Below, one piece after another: positions 19,817 to 29,934 of a stretch of 64,000 nt of DNA. The position numbers were made by a program, and so were the translations under genes. The notes beneath the pieces are model-generated. The model was given only the letters and a program-made list of their open reading frames with translations, had not been told where the DNA came from and did not search any database. Each line of letters opens with the position of its first letter. Position 1 is the first letter of the stretch. This DNA is from Bdellovibrionota bacterium. Lineage in GTDB: Bacteria; Bdellovibrionota_C; UBA2361; CALJRW01. The DNA lies in assembly GCA_041740355.1 (NCBI GenBank), contig JBGSMD010000009.1, positions 32,001-96,000 of the forward strand. Direction: 5' to 3'.

Positions 19817-20791
19817 ATGAATCAATATACTCCTCAAAATTTCGCTCAAATGCTAGCCGATCCTGTAAGGGTTCCAGCTTTTATTAATGCCCTCAAAGAA
19901 TTAATCACACCGGATACAGTTGTTTTAGACTTAGGTGCAGGAACTGGCGGGTTTACTCTACTCGCTTGTAGCCTTGGAGCAAAGAAAGTCATAGCAGTTG
20001 AGCCAAACGAAGCAATATTAATTGCGAAAGAACTTATCAAAGAGAATCGATTTGAAGATCGAGTGGAGTTCTATCAAGAGAAAATAGAAAATCTAAATTT
20101 ATTGCCAGTTGATCTGATAATCGCCGACCTAAGAGGCAAACTTCCTTTTTATCAACAGAATCTTCCGATTATGCAATTAGCCAAAAGTAAATTTTTAAAA
20201 GCGACTGGTGCGCTACTGCCTTCTAAGGACAAAATCTATTTAGCACTTTGCTCAGATGCCGATCTTTACCAAAAAAAGATTCACCCACTAGCCAAACAAT
20301 CGATTAAATTTTCAACAAAATCTTACGAAAAATATTTAACAAATTCTTTTTATCCAACAAACTTTAAAGCTAAGCAATTAGCCAGCAAGGCGGAAATCTG
20401 GTGTTCCCTAGATTACAACCAGATTAAAGATTATTCTTACAGTGCTTCCGTTACTTTCTCAACTCTCAAGCAAAAACTGTTTGGCTTTTATGCCTGGTTT
20501 GATTGTGAATTAACACCGAATGTCAGCTATTCTTGTGGAGCAGACTCAGAGGCGCTAGTCTATGGAAGTGTCTTTTTTCCGTTTGAACAAGAAATTGAAT
20601 TAAAAGATAATCAAGTTCTGGAAATTGAGCTATCAGCTAGATATATTGATGAGGATTATATCTGGAGGTGGAAAACTTACCTAGTCGATCTAGCAAGCAA
20701 TTCCAAGAAGATATTATTCGATCAATCAACTTTTTATGGTGTAATATTTTCTAAGAATTTATTAGATCAAAAAATTTCCCCAGAAATTTAA
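19817..20791 (+). CDS. PRMT-fold class I SAM-dependent methyltransferase
   Basis: ML.D..R...F..AL, VVLDLGAGTG, GA.KV.AVE, and a C-terminal barrel pattern GF.AWFD.EL...FFP. Confidence 0.8.
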   Translation: MNQYTPQNFAQMLADPVRVPAFINALKELITPDTVVLDLGAGTGGFTLLACSLGAKKVIAVEPNEAILIAKELIKENRFEDRVEFYQEKIENLNLLPVDLIIADLRGKLPFYQQNLPIMQLAKSKFLKATGALLPSKDKIYLALCSDADLYQKKIHPLAKQSIKFSTKSYEKYLTNSFYPTNFKAKQLASKAEIWCSLDYNQIKDYSYSASVTFSTLKQKLFGFYAWFDCELTPNVSYSCGADSEALVYGSVFFPFEQEIELKDNQVLEIELSARYIDEDYIWRWKTYLVDLASNSKKILFDQSTFYGVIFSKNLLDQKISPEI

Positions 20792-20815
20792 CTTTCTAAT
20801 AATAGAACATCACCC

Positions 20816-23800
20816 TTGTCAGAACAAAAACATTTTCATCTTACACTTACAGGTCTCAAGGAGAACAATCTAAAGGACTTGGATATTACTCTGGAGCATG
20901 ATCAGTTAATCGCGGTAACTGGACTATCGGGATCTGGCAAATCAACTTTAGCTTTTGATACTGTTTACGCCGAAGGTCAACGAAGGTACTTAGAAACATT
21001 TTCTTCTTATGTTCGTCAATTCTTAGATAAAGTTAAAAAACCAGATCTGGAAAGTAGTGAAAATGTACGCCCAGCAATCGCCATTGAACAAAAGAATAAA
21101 ATTCACTCTAGTCGCTCCACCGTTGGAACACTTACTGACTTAAATGATTACTTAGGAATACTATTTGCTAATTTCGCACTACCCTACTCTCCAATTAGTA
21201 ATCAGCTGCTTAGAAAATATTCGCCCAACGAAGTTGCCGAAGCCGCTAGTAAAATAGAATTCAATGTTGATTACTTCTTTATCTGCGCACCTTGCCCATT
21301 AACCGCAACAAAAAAAGGTATAACTAAAAAACTAACTAAGAAGGACCTAGCAGAACAGGTAAATAATCTTCAATTAATGGGATATAATCGCTTTTTAATT
21401 CCTGGATCAGCTACTGTTTATAAATTAGCGGAAGATCTTTCGGAGCTAGCTACTCAGGAATTAATTTATATTTTAATTGATCGACTAAAACCTGCTCAAG
21501 CTAAGACTCACCGCTTAATTGAAGCTGTAGAGCAGGCCTACCAACTGGGCAAAGGTGTTGCTTATCTCGCTATCCCCGAAGCGGAGCTAATTCAATTTCA
21601 TCGATTTACATCTTTCTATTCGGATCCCTCACAAGATAACTTAGAACTCAAAATTCCACTGCCAAAACCCGGACTATTTTCTCCAAATAATCCATTAGGT
21701 GCTTGCCCTCACTGTAAGGGTTTTGGAGCAAATTTAATTGCCGATCCTAAAAGAATCATTCTTAACCCAGAATTATCGCTAACAGAGAACGCGGTCGATT
21801 GCTGGAAAGGTCCCGCCGTTCAAAATTTAAAAGAAAAGTTAATTAAGTTTGCAACTGAAAATAAAATTAAAGCTAATCTTCCTTGGAGTAAACTTACTAG
21901 CGAACAACAAGATTTGATATTTAACCATAGCGGTAAGAGTTACTTGGGGCTAAGTCCTTGGTTTAAAAAAATCGAGAAGAAATCTTATAAGGCTTACGTT
22001 CGAATTTACTTAACCAAGTATCGCTCTCCTGTTACTTGTGAAGAATGCCAAGGAAGTGGAAGCAAAGCTGATGCCCTACTTTTTCGTTTAAATAATAAAA
22101 ATATTTCAGAACTTAGGGAACTAGCAATTAGCGAACTAGCTGATTGGATAGCAGGATTAAAAACTCAAGTAACAAAATCTAAATCCTTAGAGCTTCAAAC
22201 TGTATTTGGGCAAAGTACTTCTCGGACCAAACAAATGTTAAATCTCGGCTTGGACTACTTAAGTTTAAGTCGCCCTGCCAAAACACTTTCTGGTGGTGAA
22301 ACTCAACGGGTTAATTTAGTTTCTGCCATTGGAAGCGAACTAGTTTCCACTCAATTTGTTTTAGATGAGCCTTCCGTTGGATTACACCCTAGAGACTCTG
22401 ATCGTTTAATGCAAGCAATTAAAGAATTAAAGAATCGCGGAAATAGTATTTTAATGGTGGAACATGATCCTGATTGTATCTTAGCAGCAGATCAAATCCT
22501 CCACCTTGGACCAAAAGCTGGTAGCCAGGGAGGAGAAGTTATTTACTATGGTACTCCTAATAATTGGAAACATAAATTTATTCCAGTTAGTCCTCAAAAA
22601 CTTAAACCACAATCAGCTAGCGAACTAATAGTTAAAGCTGATAATATCCGGAATTTAAAAAAAATAGATCTACGAATTCCTCTTTCATGTTTAGTGGTAC
22701 TATCCGGTGTTTCCGGAAGTGGCAAAAGTAGTCTAGCAAGAGAAGTAATTTTAAAAGCTTACCAAGAGAATTGTAGCCAAGATCCTTTTGGAAATTATTC
22801 TGTTTTAGGTTTAGAGCAGTTTGGTCAAGTACTAGCAGTCGATCAAAGCTCATTGGTGAAGAGTCCGCGTTCAAACATTGCAACTTATAGCAAACTTTGG
22901 GAGATAATTCGGGAGGAGTTAGCAGACGATCCGCTGGCAAAACAAAAACTTTTTACTAAATCAACTTTCTCGTTTAACGTGGAAGGTGGACGTTGTCCTC
23001 ATTGTAAGGGAGCTGGATACCTCAAAGAAGAAATGCAATTTCTAAGTGATGTATATGTTACGTGTGACCTGTGCTTGGGACAAAGATTTCAGGATTCAGT
23101 TCTAGATGTTACCTATTTAGACAAAAATGTAGCCGAATGGTTAAAAACAACGGTTCTGGAATGTCAGAGTTTATTAGTTAATAACTTAGAAGCATTTTCT
23201 ATCTGCCAAAACATCAACAAGCTTGGTCTGGGCCACTTAACTCTCGGTCATCCTTTAAGTCAGCTTTCAGGTGGTGAAGCACAACGTCTAAAACTGGTTC
23301 CCTTTATTCAAAGAGCTACTCGGGGTGATTCCTTACTAATCTTTGATGAGCCCTCAACTGGACTTAGCCAAGAAGATGTTAAGAACCTACTAATTGTTTT
23401 TCAAGAACTAATTTCAGCAGGTCACTCAATTCTCTGCATTGAACATAATCAAGATATTATTCTTGCAGCCGATCATGTAATCGACCTAGGACCCGAAGGT
23501 GGTAAAAATGGTGGCGAAGTGGTCTTACAAGGCACACCTACTGAATTTTTAAATAAAAAAAATCAATCAAAATCTCTGACTGCTAAATACCTACAAGCCT
23601 ATCTAGATCGTTACCAATCTGGAAAAATCAAATTTGAAAAAGAAAAAGAAGTTAAGCATGACTCTAGTAAGTTAAAAATCTTTGCTGCTAATGAACATAA
23701 CTTAAAGAATATCGACTTAGAAATCCCTCATAACGAAATTGTTGTTTTCACAGGAGTATCAGGATCTGGAAAATCAACCATCGCGAAGGATATTGTTTAC

Positions 23801-26077
23801 GCCGAAGGACAGCGAAAATACTTAGACTGTCTTTCTCCTTATGCTCGACAATTTATTAAAGAGTTAGCTAAACCTCAAATTGCTAGTATTGAAAACCTCC
23901 GACCAACAATTTGTGTCTATCAGCATACCTTCCAACCAAGTAAGCTTTCCACGCTTGGGACTGTTAGTGAAATTTATAACTTCCTTAGATTACTTTTTGC
24001 CAAAGTAGGCGTACCCTACTGTCCAGATCATCCCGAGCATGAACTAAGTAGTTCGAGCTTAGAACAGATTTTAAATAAGATTCTCCTATTTGGCGATCAG
24101 ACTGTTAAATTAATGGTTCCGGTAATTAAATCTAAAAAAGGGCATCATCGCCCAGTCTTTATTCAAGCTAGAAAATCAGAGATTGAGGAGGTTCGAGTCG
24201 ATGGTGTCTTTGGACCAGTGGGACGCTTTGAAGAAGGATTAAGTAGAAATCAGGTTCATAATATTGAATTTGTATATGCTAAGGTAGTTCCTAGTAGAAT
24301 TCCGCCTGATTTAATTATGGAAGCAATTCGTGACATTATCAGCCTTAGTGGAGGCAATATTATTGCTAACGTGGCAGGTTCCGATCAGATCTTAAGTACC
24401 CGCCGGGGTTGTCCCGAATGTGGTCGCGGATATTTAAAACCGGACCCTGAAGATTTTTCATTTAACTCTCAACGAGGACGATGCTCAAAATGTTCCGGCT
24501 CAGGTAAAACAATTACCGAGAAGATTTGTCCAAGTTGTAATGGAACAAGGATTAACAAGACCGCGTTAAATATCAAGATTAACCAAAAAAATATTTACCA
24601 ATTATCACAGTTAAATTCTGCTGAGTTAGCAAGTTTCCTAGATCAAGTTAAATTTCCTAAGCAACAGCTAGAAATTGCTAAAACAATTATTTCTGAAATT
24701 AAAATTAGAACTAATCGTTTGTTGCGTTTAGGTTTGGAATACTTACCACTCAGTAGAAGCTGTCAGGATTTATCTAAAGGTGAATTGCAACGCTTAAAAT
24801 TAGCTAACTCTATGGGCTCTCCACTAAATGGTGTTTTATATATCTTTGATGAACCAAGTGCTGGCCTCCACCCAAATGATAATCGAAAAATATTAAAAGA
24901 GTTCACCAACCTAAAGAATCAAGGCAATTCCGTCTATATAATTGAACACGACCAAGATACAATTGAGTTTGCTGATCACTTAATTGAATTAGGTCCAGGT
25001 GGCGGACGCGAAGGTGGTCAAATAATATATAATGGTAGTGTAAAAAACTATCAGCCCCATAAGATCTCCAAAATTGACTGGTCCACTAACCTAGATGAAC
25101 CTAAACATAATTTAAAAATTACTGCTGGGGCAATAAATAATATCAAGTCCCTAAGCTTAACCCTTCCACTCCAAAGATTAGTGACAATTTGTGGCGTTTC
25201 CGGATCAGGGAAAAGTACTCTACTAAACAATATTATTTTAAATTCAATTGATAATCTTAAAAACCTAGAATGGAAAAATAAACTATCCACTGTCACTTCG
25301 GATTTATTAATTGATCGATTGTTAGTTGTTGATCAATCCCCGATCGGAAAAAACTCTCGTTCCACTCCAGCTTCTTATTTAAAAATCTGGGATGAAATTA
25401 GAAAATTACTGGCGCAAATGCCACTGGCTAAGACTCGTGGCTGGGGACCAAGTTATTTTTCTTATAACTCCGCAACTGGGGGGCGTTGCCCTGAATGTAA
25501 TGGAACTGGCACTCAAAAATTAGAAATGAGTTTTTTAGCAGAAGCAAAAATTGAGTGCCCACTATGCCAAGGAAAAAGGTACACCGATGAAACACTAAGC
25601 ATTAAATACTTAGACAAAAATGCCTCAGAAATTTTCAACTTAACCTTTGAAGAAGCAAAGAATTTATTTACGAATTATCCTAAAATTTATCGCATTCTGA
25701 AAAGTGCTTGTGATTTAGGTCTAGGGTATTTAACCTTAGGTCAAACTTCCACTACTCTTTCCGGTGGCGAAGCTCAGCGTTTAAAATTAACGGAAGAATT
25801 AGCAGTTAATCCTCGGGGTCATACATTATATGTTTTTGATGAACCAAGTGTTGGTTTACACCAACAAGATGTTTTAAAACTGCTGAAAGTATTGAAAGAT
25901 TTAACTAACAGAGGCGACAGTGTGATCTTAATAGAACATGACCCCCTGATAATCAAGTATTCTGATCATTTAATAGAGATGGGTCCAGGTGCTGGAGATT
26001 TAGGTGGAGAGATTATTTATAACGGCCCTCTTTCACAAATAAAAAAATCTAAATCTCTTTGGAAAGAGTTGATTTAA
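20816..26077 (+). CDS. uvrA: Double-length excinuclease ABC subunit A (two fused UvrA units)
   Basis: Four Walker A motifs (G[LV]SGSGKS), two YAEGQR.Y motifs, four DEPS motifs, multiple CxxC; 1753 aa. Confidence 0.95.
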   Translation: MSEQKHFHLTLTGLKENNLKDLDITLEHDQLIAVTGLSGSGKSTLAFDTVYAEGQRRYLETFSSYVRQFLDKVKKPDLESSENVRPAIAIEQKNKIHSSRSTVGTLTDLNDYLGILFANFALPYSPISNQLLRKYSPNEVAEAASKIEFNVDYFFICAPCPLTATKKGITKKLTKKDLAEQVNNLQLMGYNRFLIPGSATVYKLAEDLSELATQELIYILIDRLKPAQAKTHRLIEAVEQAYQLGKGVAYLAIPEAELIQFHRFTSFYSDPSQDNLELKIPLPKPGLFSPNNPLGACPHCKGFGANLIADPKRIILNPELSLTENAVDCWKGPAVQNLKEKLIKFATENKIKANLPWSKLTSEQQDLIFNHSGKSYLGLSPWFKKIEKKSYKAYVRIYLTKYRSPVTCEECQGSGSKADALLFRLNNKNISELRELAISELADWIAGLKTQVTKSKSLELQTVFGQSTSRTKQMLNLGLDYLSLSRPAKTLSGGETQRVNLVSAIGSELVSTQFVLDEPSVGLHPRDSDRLMQAIKELKNRGNSILMVEHDPDCILAADQILHLGPKAGSQGGEVIYYGTPNNWKHKFIPVSPQKLKPQSASELIVKADNIRNLKKIDLRIPLSCLVVLSGVSGSGKSSLAREVILKAYQENCSQDPFGNYSVLGLEQFGQVLAVDQSSLVKSPRSNIATYSKLWEIIREELADDPLAKQKLFTKSTFSFNVEGGRCPHCKGAGYLKEEMQFLSDVYVTCDLCLGQRFQDSVLDVTYLDKNVAEWLKTTVLECQSLLVNNLEAFSICQNINKLGLGHLTLGHPLSQLSGGEAQRLKLVPFIQRATRGDSLLIFDEPSTGLSQEDVKNLLIVFQELISAGHSILCIEHNQDIILAADHVIDLGPEGGKNGGEVVLQGTPTEFLNKKNQSKSLTAKYLQAYLDRYQSGKIKFEKEKEVKHDSSKLKIFAANEHNLKNIDLEIPHNEIVVFTGVSGSGKSTIAKDIVYAEGQRKYLDCLSPYARQFIKELAKPQIASIENLRPTICVYQHTFQPSKLSTLGTVSEIYNFLRLLFAKVGVPYCPDHPEHELSSSSLEQILNKILLFGDQTVKLMVPVIKSKKGHHRPVFIQARKSEIEEVRVDGVFGPVGRFEEGLSRNQVHNIEFVYAKVVPSRIPPDLIMEAIRDIISLSGGNIIANVAGSDQILSTRRGCPECGRGYLKPDPEDFSFNSQRGRCSKCSGSGKTITEKICPSCNGTRINKTALNIKINQKNIYQLSQLNSAELASFLDQVKFPKQQLEIAKTIISEIKIRTNRLLRLGLEYLPLSRSCQDLSKGELQRLKLANSMGSPLNGVLYIFDEPSAGLHPNDNRKILKEFTNLKNQGNSVYIIEHDQDTIEFADHLIELGPGGGREGGQIIYNGSVKNYQPHKISKIDWSTNLDEPKHNLKITAGAINNIKSLSLTLPLQRLVTICGVSGSGKSTLLNNIILNSIDNLKNLEWKNKLSTVTSDLLIDRLLVVDQSPIGKNSRSTPASYLKIWDEIRKLLAQMPLAKTRGWGPSYFSYNSATGGRCPECNGTGTQKLEMSFLAEAKIECPLCQGKRYTDETLSIKYLDKNASEIFNLTFEEAKNLFTNYPKIYRILKSACDLGLGYLTLGQTSTTLSGGEAQRLKLTEELAVNPRGHTLYVFDEPSVGLHQQDVLKLLKVLKDLTNRGDSVILIEHDPLIIKYSDHLIEMGPGAGDLGGEIIYNGPLSQIKKSKSLWKELI

Positions 26078-26580
26078 GCACAGTTAGACGCAAAAGGCCC
26101 GGGGTCTGCATGGGTTCGAATATTATGATAATTACCATCGGAATTATTCTGATAATCAATATGGTTCACGCCTTCTTTGATATCACAATGAAAAATAGAA
26201 GTAGTATGAACCCAGTCACTAGTTGATGAATTTGAATTAAAACTAGAAAGAATTACAATTCTTGAATTTTTCATTGTCAGAACTTCTTGCAAAATGTTCA
26301 TGCCATTTTTTGTGTTGCACTCGATATTTTGACTGCCGGAAGTTGGATCGTAATGCCAAATACAAACTGGATTTGGAACATCACTCGATAAACTTTGCAT
26401 GATTAAAAATGAAGAATTTCGAATGTCATGGTAAGCCATGTCCATTTCAACTGTATGGGTTCGATCACGATATTGGAAAAACAGACCGAGAGACATAGAT
26501 GATAATGCCGCAGCCGTCGCAATAGTAAACATTAATTCTACTAAAGAAAATCCAGCTGAGGATTTGTTGTAGTTCTTCAT
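26074..26580 (-). CDS. Type IV pilin/pseudopilin-like protein
   Basis: MKNYNKSSAG|FSLVELMFTI prepilin cleavage/methylation site and four Cys. Start moved to the ATG at 26580. Confidence 0.75.
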   Translation of the reverse strand: MKNYNKSSAGFSLVELMFTIATAAALSSMSLGLFFQYRDRTHTVEMDMAYHDIRNSSFLIMQSLSSDVPNPVCIWHYDPTSGSQNIECNTKNGMNILQEVLTMKNSRIVILSSFNSNSSTSDWVHTTSIFHCDIKEGVNHIDYQNNSDGNYHNIRTHADPGPFASNCA

Positions 26581-26662
26581 GGTTGCTTCCTTGCAAAAAA
26601 AACTAACCAATTACATCGCAAACTTAGTTGGATAGAACTAACTCAATTCAAATAGAACTGAA

Positions 26663-27103
26663 TTAAGACTCGTCTTCCGCTTCAAAGCTATCTTCTTCTT
26701 CGACATCTCTAAAGCTTCCCTCTTTTCGTTCCAACTCTTCCTTGGCTTCGATTGTATATTGGGCTACTGGACGTGCTCGTAAACGTGCGGAAGGAATCTC
26801 CTCTCCTGTTAACTCACATATTCCATAATCACCTGTATCGTCGCCTTCCCCAAACTTCTTTAAAGCATGGTCGATTTTTTTTAATAACTTAGTTTCACGT
26901 TTGCCGATACGAGCGGTTGTTCTTTGTTCAAGCTCAAGGGAAGCTAAGTCTACTTCATCCCCTCCGATACTGTTCATACCACTATCAGAATCACGTTCAA
27001 TTCTACGCATGTGGTCGATAATGCGCTTCTTTTCTTCAATTAAAATCTCTTTTAACTCTAATAAGTCTGCTTGACGTTGTTCTTCTTTAGATTTTCTGGC
27101 CAT
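26663..27103 (-). CDS. dksA: DksA/TraR family RNA polymerase-binding factor (single-Cys type)
   Basis: GDEVDLAS, LLKKIDHAL, YGICELTGEEI...RLRARP.A.YTIEAKE. Confidence 0.88.
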   Translation of the reverse strand: MARKSKEEQRQADLLELKEILIEEKKRIIDHMRRIERDSDSGMNSIGGDEVDLASLELEQRTTARIGKRETKLLKKIDHALKKFGEGDDTGDYGICELTGEEIPSARLRARPVAQYTIEAKEELERKEGSFRDVEEEDSFEAEDES

Positions 27104-27361
27104 GGATGTAGTACTTTATAAACGATAATTAGGGGTATATTGTAGTTTTAATTAGTTAAAAAATCAAGGGAGACTTAACTCTTTGTCCTCGAATTCCAAT
27201 AAAATCCGATGTCGTATAATGTTAATTTGAGCATGCTAACTGAAGCCGATTACGTATTATTCGAATTGCTTGTAAAAAAACTGCCCCTTGCTCAGACTTA
27301 TACCATTACCTATCCTATTAGTTGACCTAAATTACAACTTCTCCGCCGACTCGTCCGCTGA

Positions 27362-27391
27362 CTTGTCCGCCGAAGCCTTGGCAAAGGTGAA
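27362..27391. repeat. REP-like palindrome
   Basis: CTTGTCCGCCGAAGCCTTGGCAAAGGTGAA, same family as 14323, 9086 and (inverted) 3800. Confidence 0.7.
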
Positions 27392-27602
27392 AGCTTTGGC
27401 CTCTTAGGTTTTAGTATATTTGTTTTCCTTCATATTTAATCTTACTTTATAAGGTTAAATACCGATGTGACCCTCTTGGGTCGCAACGCATCAGGTACTT
27501 CCTGCTTAATATACTAGGTAAAAAAAATGACCAGGTAATTTCCAATGTCGCCTAGTATACTAGACATCTAGTTTATAAATGGTAATTTCAAATGACGCCT
27601 AG

Positions 27603-27742
27603 TATAGTGAGTTCAAAAAATAAATTACTTTAAAAAACCAAGGATTTTGCTTGGACTCACTATTTATTTTGTTTTTAGCTATGCAAACTTGGGATTTATC
27701 CAAGATTTGCATTAGCCGTAATGTCTCTGTTTAATTTACTAA
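27603..27742 (+). repeat. Direct repeat, left copy, flanking the mevalonate genes
   Basis: Matches 29935-30102: AAATTACTT.AAAAA..GATTTT.CTTGGACTC.CTATTTAT.TTGTTTTTAGCTATGCAAACTT...ATCCAAGATTTGCATTA. Confidence 0.8.
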
Positions 27743-27760
27743 CGTAAATATAATAAGCCT

Positions 27761-28771
27761 ATGAGAATAAGTTCTGCCATTGCCCACCCTAATATTGCCC
27801 TTGTTAAATACTGGGGAAAACGCGATCTAAATTTAATCTTACCACTTAACTCAAGTATTAGTGTGACCTTAGCCAATCTCGCCACTCATACGACCATTCA
27901 GATTGACCCTAGCTTTACCTCAGACTCTTTAAAGTTAAACGATATTGAGATTAGTTCTGAATCAAAGATCTTTCAGGAATACATTAATAGTTACCTAAAA
28001 ATTGTTCGTTATAAATTTAAGTTCACCGAAAAATTACGTATTATTTCAAAAAATAATTTCCCAACGAGTGCTGGACTAGCTTCTTCCGCTTCTGGCTTTG
28101 CTGCGCTTAGTGTCGCCTTAAATGATATTCTTGGACTTAACTTGGATTATAAAAAACTTAGCCAGATGGCTCGAGTCGGTTCCGGATCTGCGACTCGCTC
28201 AGTCTTAGGAGGTTTTAATTATTGGAATATGGGGCATGCCGCCGATGGCTCTGACTCCGAAATTGGCTTTATTGCAGATCAAAATCATTGGCCAGAACTT
28301 TGTATCGCCATTGCCATAACAGCAACCGGTGAAAAAATTTACTCCTCACGAGAAGGCATGCAAAGAACAGTTAAAACGTGTCCTATTTATAAAGCTGCTT
28401 GGCTTGATACTGTTAACCAAGATTTACAGGATATGGATAATGCCATTTTAACAAAAAACTTTACACTAATGGGTTCCGTTGCTGAAAAGAATGCTCTTAA
28501 AATGCACGCAACAATGCTTTCATCTACTCCACCAATTAATTATTGGAATGAAGCTACAAAATTAATTACTAATACAATTGTGGAACTTAGAGAGAATGGT
28601 CGCCTAGAATCTTATTTTACGATGGATGCTGGTCCTCAAGTAAAAATTTTATATCTTAAAAAAGATCAGCCAAAGGTAGAACATTACCTCGGAAAGTTAG
28701 AAGGCCTTAAAGAAATGGTGTTTACAAGCGTGGGTCCAAGCGCTGCTTTAATCAATCATCACTTAAGTTAA
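27761..28771 (+). CDS. mvaD: Diphosphomevalonate decarboxylase
   Basis: AHPNIALVKYWGK, PLNSSISVTL, NNFPTSAGLASSASGFAA, GSGSATRS, FTMDAGPQVK. Confidence 0.96.
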   Translation: MRISSAIAHPNIALVKYWGKRDLNLILPLNSSISVTLANLATHTTIQIDPSFTSDSLKLNDIEISSESKIFQEYINSYLKIVRYKFKFTEKLRIISKNNFPTSAGLASSASGFAALSVALNDILGLNLDYKKLSQMARVGSGSATRSVLGGFNYWNMGHAADGSDSEIGFIADQNHWPELCIAIAITATGEKIYSSREGMQRTVKTCPIYKAAWLDTVNQDLQDMDNAILTKNFTLMGSVAEKNALKMHATMLSSTPPINYWNEATKLITNTIVELRENGRLESYFTMDAGPQVKILYLKKDQPKVEHYLGKLEGLKEMVFTSVGPSAALINHHLS

Positions 28772-29898
28772 TGATTAACGTAAAGGCCACAGGAAAACTT
28801 GTCATTGCTGGGGAATGGTCGGTACTTGAAAGTGGCAACCCCGCTATTGTTGCTAGCGTGGATCGCTTTCTTAGCGTCAATCTAACTCCCAGAATCGATC
28901 AAAAAATAGTCCTTCGACTTCCAGATTTTCAACTGGAAATTTATGCTGAAATCAAAAATCATACACTTTTGATATCAAATGAACTAAGCACTACCTCTAA
29001 AGAACAAATTAAATTTATTAAGTCAGCGATTGAAGTTGCTTCCAAATATTTAGATATCAATTCTGGATTTGAGTTAACAACAAGCAGTGCAGATACAAAT
29101 TTTGATACGCCTGGTAGCCTGACAAAAATTGGATTTGGTTCCTCCGCGGGAATTACAGTCGCAACAATCTCAGCACTTTGCCAACTTTACCCTCCTCAAT
29201 CTTCCCAGGATATTTCTGAGGTGATCTTTAAATTAGCGATTATCAGTCATTTTCTAGCACAAGAGAAATTGGGTTCTGGCTTAGATATTGCTAGTGCAAC
29301 TTATGGTGGAATTATTCTCTACCGTTCTTTTGATGCAAAATGGCTTATATCTCAGATTGAATCTAAGACACTCCGAGAATTATTAGAGTGTCCCTGGCCT
29401 AATTGCCAAATTGAGAAATTGAACCTCCCAAAAGATTTAATTATACTTGCAGGATTTACTGGTCACTCGGCAAGTAGTTCTAAACTTATAAGTGCTATGA
29501 ATGAATTTAAAAATGATTCTCAAGTAAAAAGTATTTATCAAGCCATTGCCACTAATACGGAAGACTTAGTAATTAATTGGAAGAACGATTTTATAGAAAA
29601 AATACTAATTGGGATTAACAATAATCACTTGCTTTTAAAGCAGCTTGCCGAGACTACAAACCTACCTCTTTTCACTAAAGAGCTTGAATTATTAATCACG
29701 ACTGCTAACCGACATGGCTATGCCGCTAAGTTCTCTGGCGCTGGTGGAGGTGATTGTGGATTAGCATTTGGAAGTAATCCAGAACAGGCCAATTCAATTA
29801 GAAAATCTTGGAATAATCAGGGAATAATTCCACTTTCAATCCATTTCGCTTGCCCCTCCGATGTTACAGGAAATTCCTTTACCAAAATGCTTAAGTAA
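28771..29898 (+). CDS. Phosphomevalonate kinase (GHMP family)
   Basis: A.GKL.IAGE..VLE.G.PAI, K.GFGSSA, GSG.DIA...YGG, KFSGAGGGDCG. Overlaps the mvaD stop. Confidence 0.9.
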   Translation: MINVKATGKLVIAGEWSVLESGNPAIVASVDRFLSVNLTPRIDQKIVLRLPDFQLEIYAEIKNHTLLISNELSTTSKEQIKFIKSAIEVASKYLDINSGFELTTSSADTNFDTPGSLTKIGFGSSAGITVATISALCQLYPPQSSQDISEVIFKLAIISHFLAQEKLGSGLDIASATYGGIILYRSFDAKWLISQIESKTLRELLECPWPNCQIEKLNLPKDLIILAGFTGHSASSSKLISAMNEFKNDSQVKSIYQAIATNTEDLVINWKNDFIEKILIGINNNHLLLKQLAETTNLPLFTKELELLITTANRHGYAAKFSGAGGGDCGLAFGSNPEQANSIRKSWNNQGIIPLSIHFACPSDVTGNSFTKMLK

Positions 29899-29934
29899 AA
29901 AAGGCCCATTCCCATTTCAGATTTTCTGAATGCT

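Noticed and set aside
26663-27103. Loss of zinc-finger cysteines in DksA as a novelty
   Set aside because: Zinc-independent DksA variants with one or two Cys are already known.
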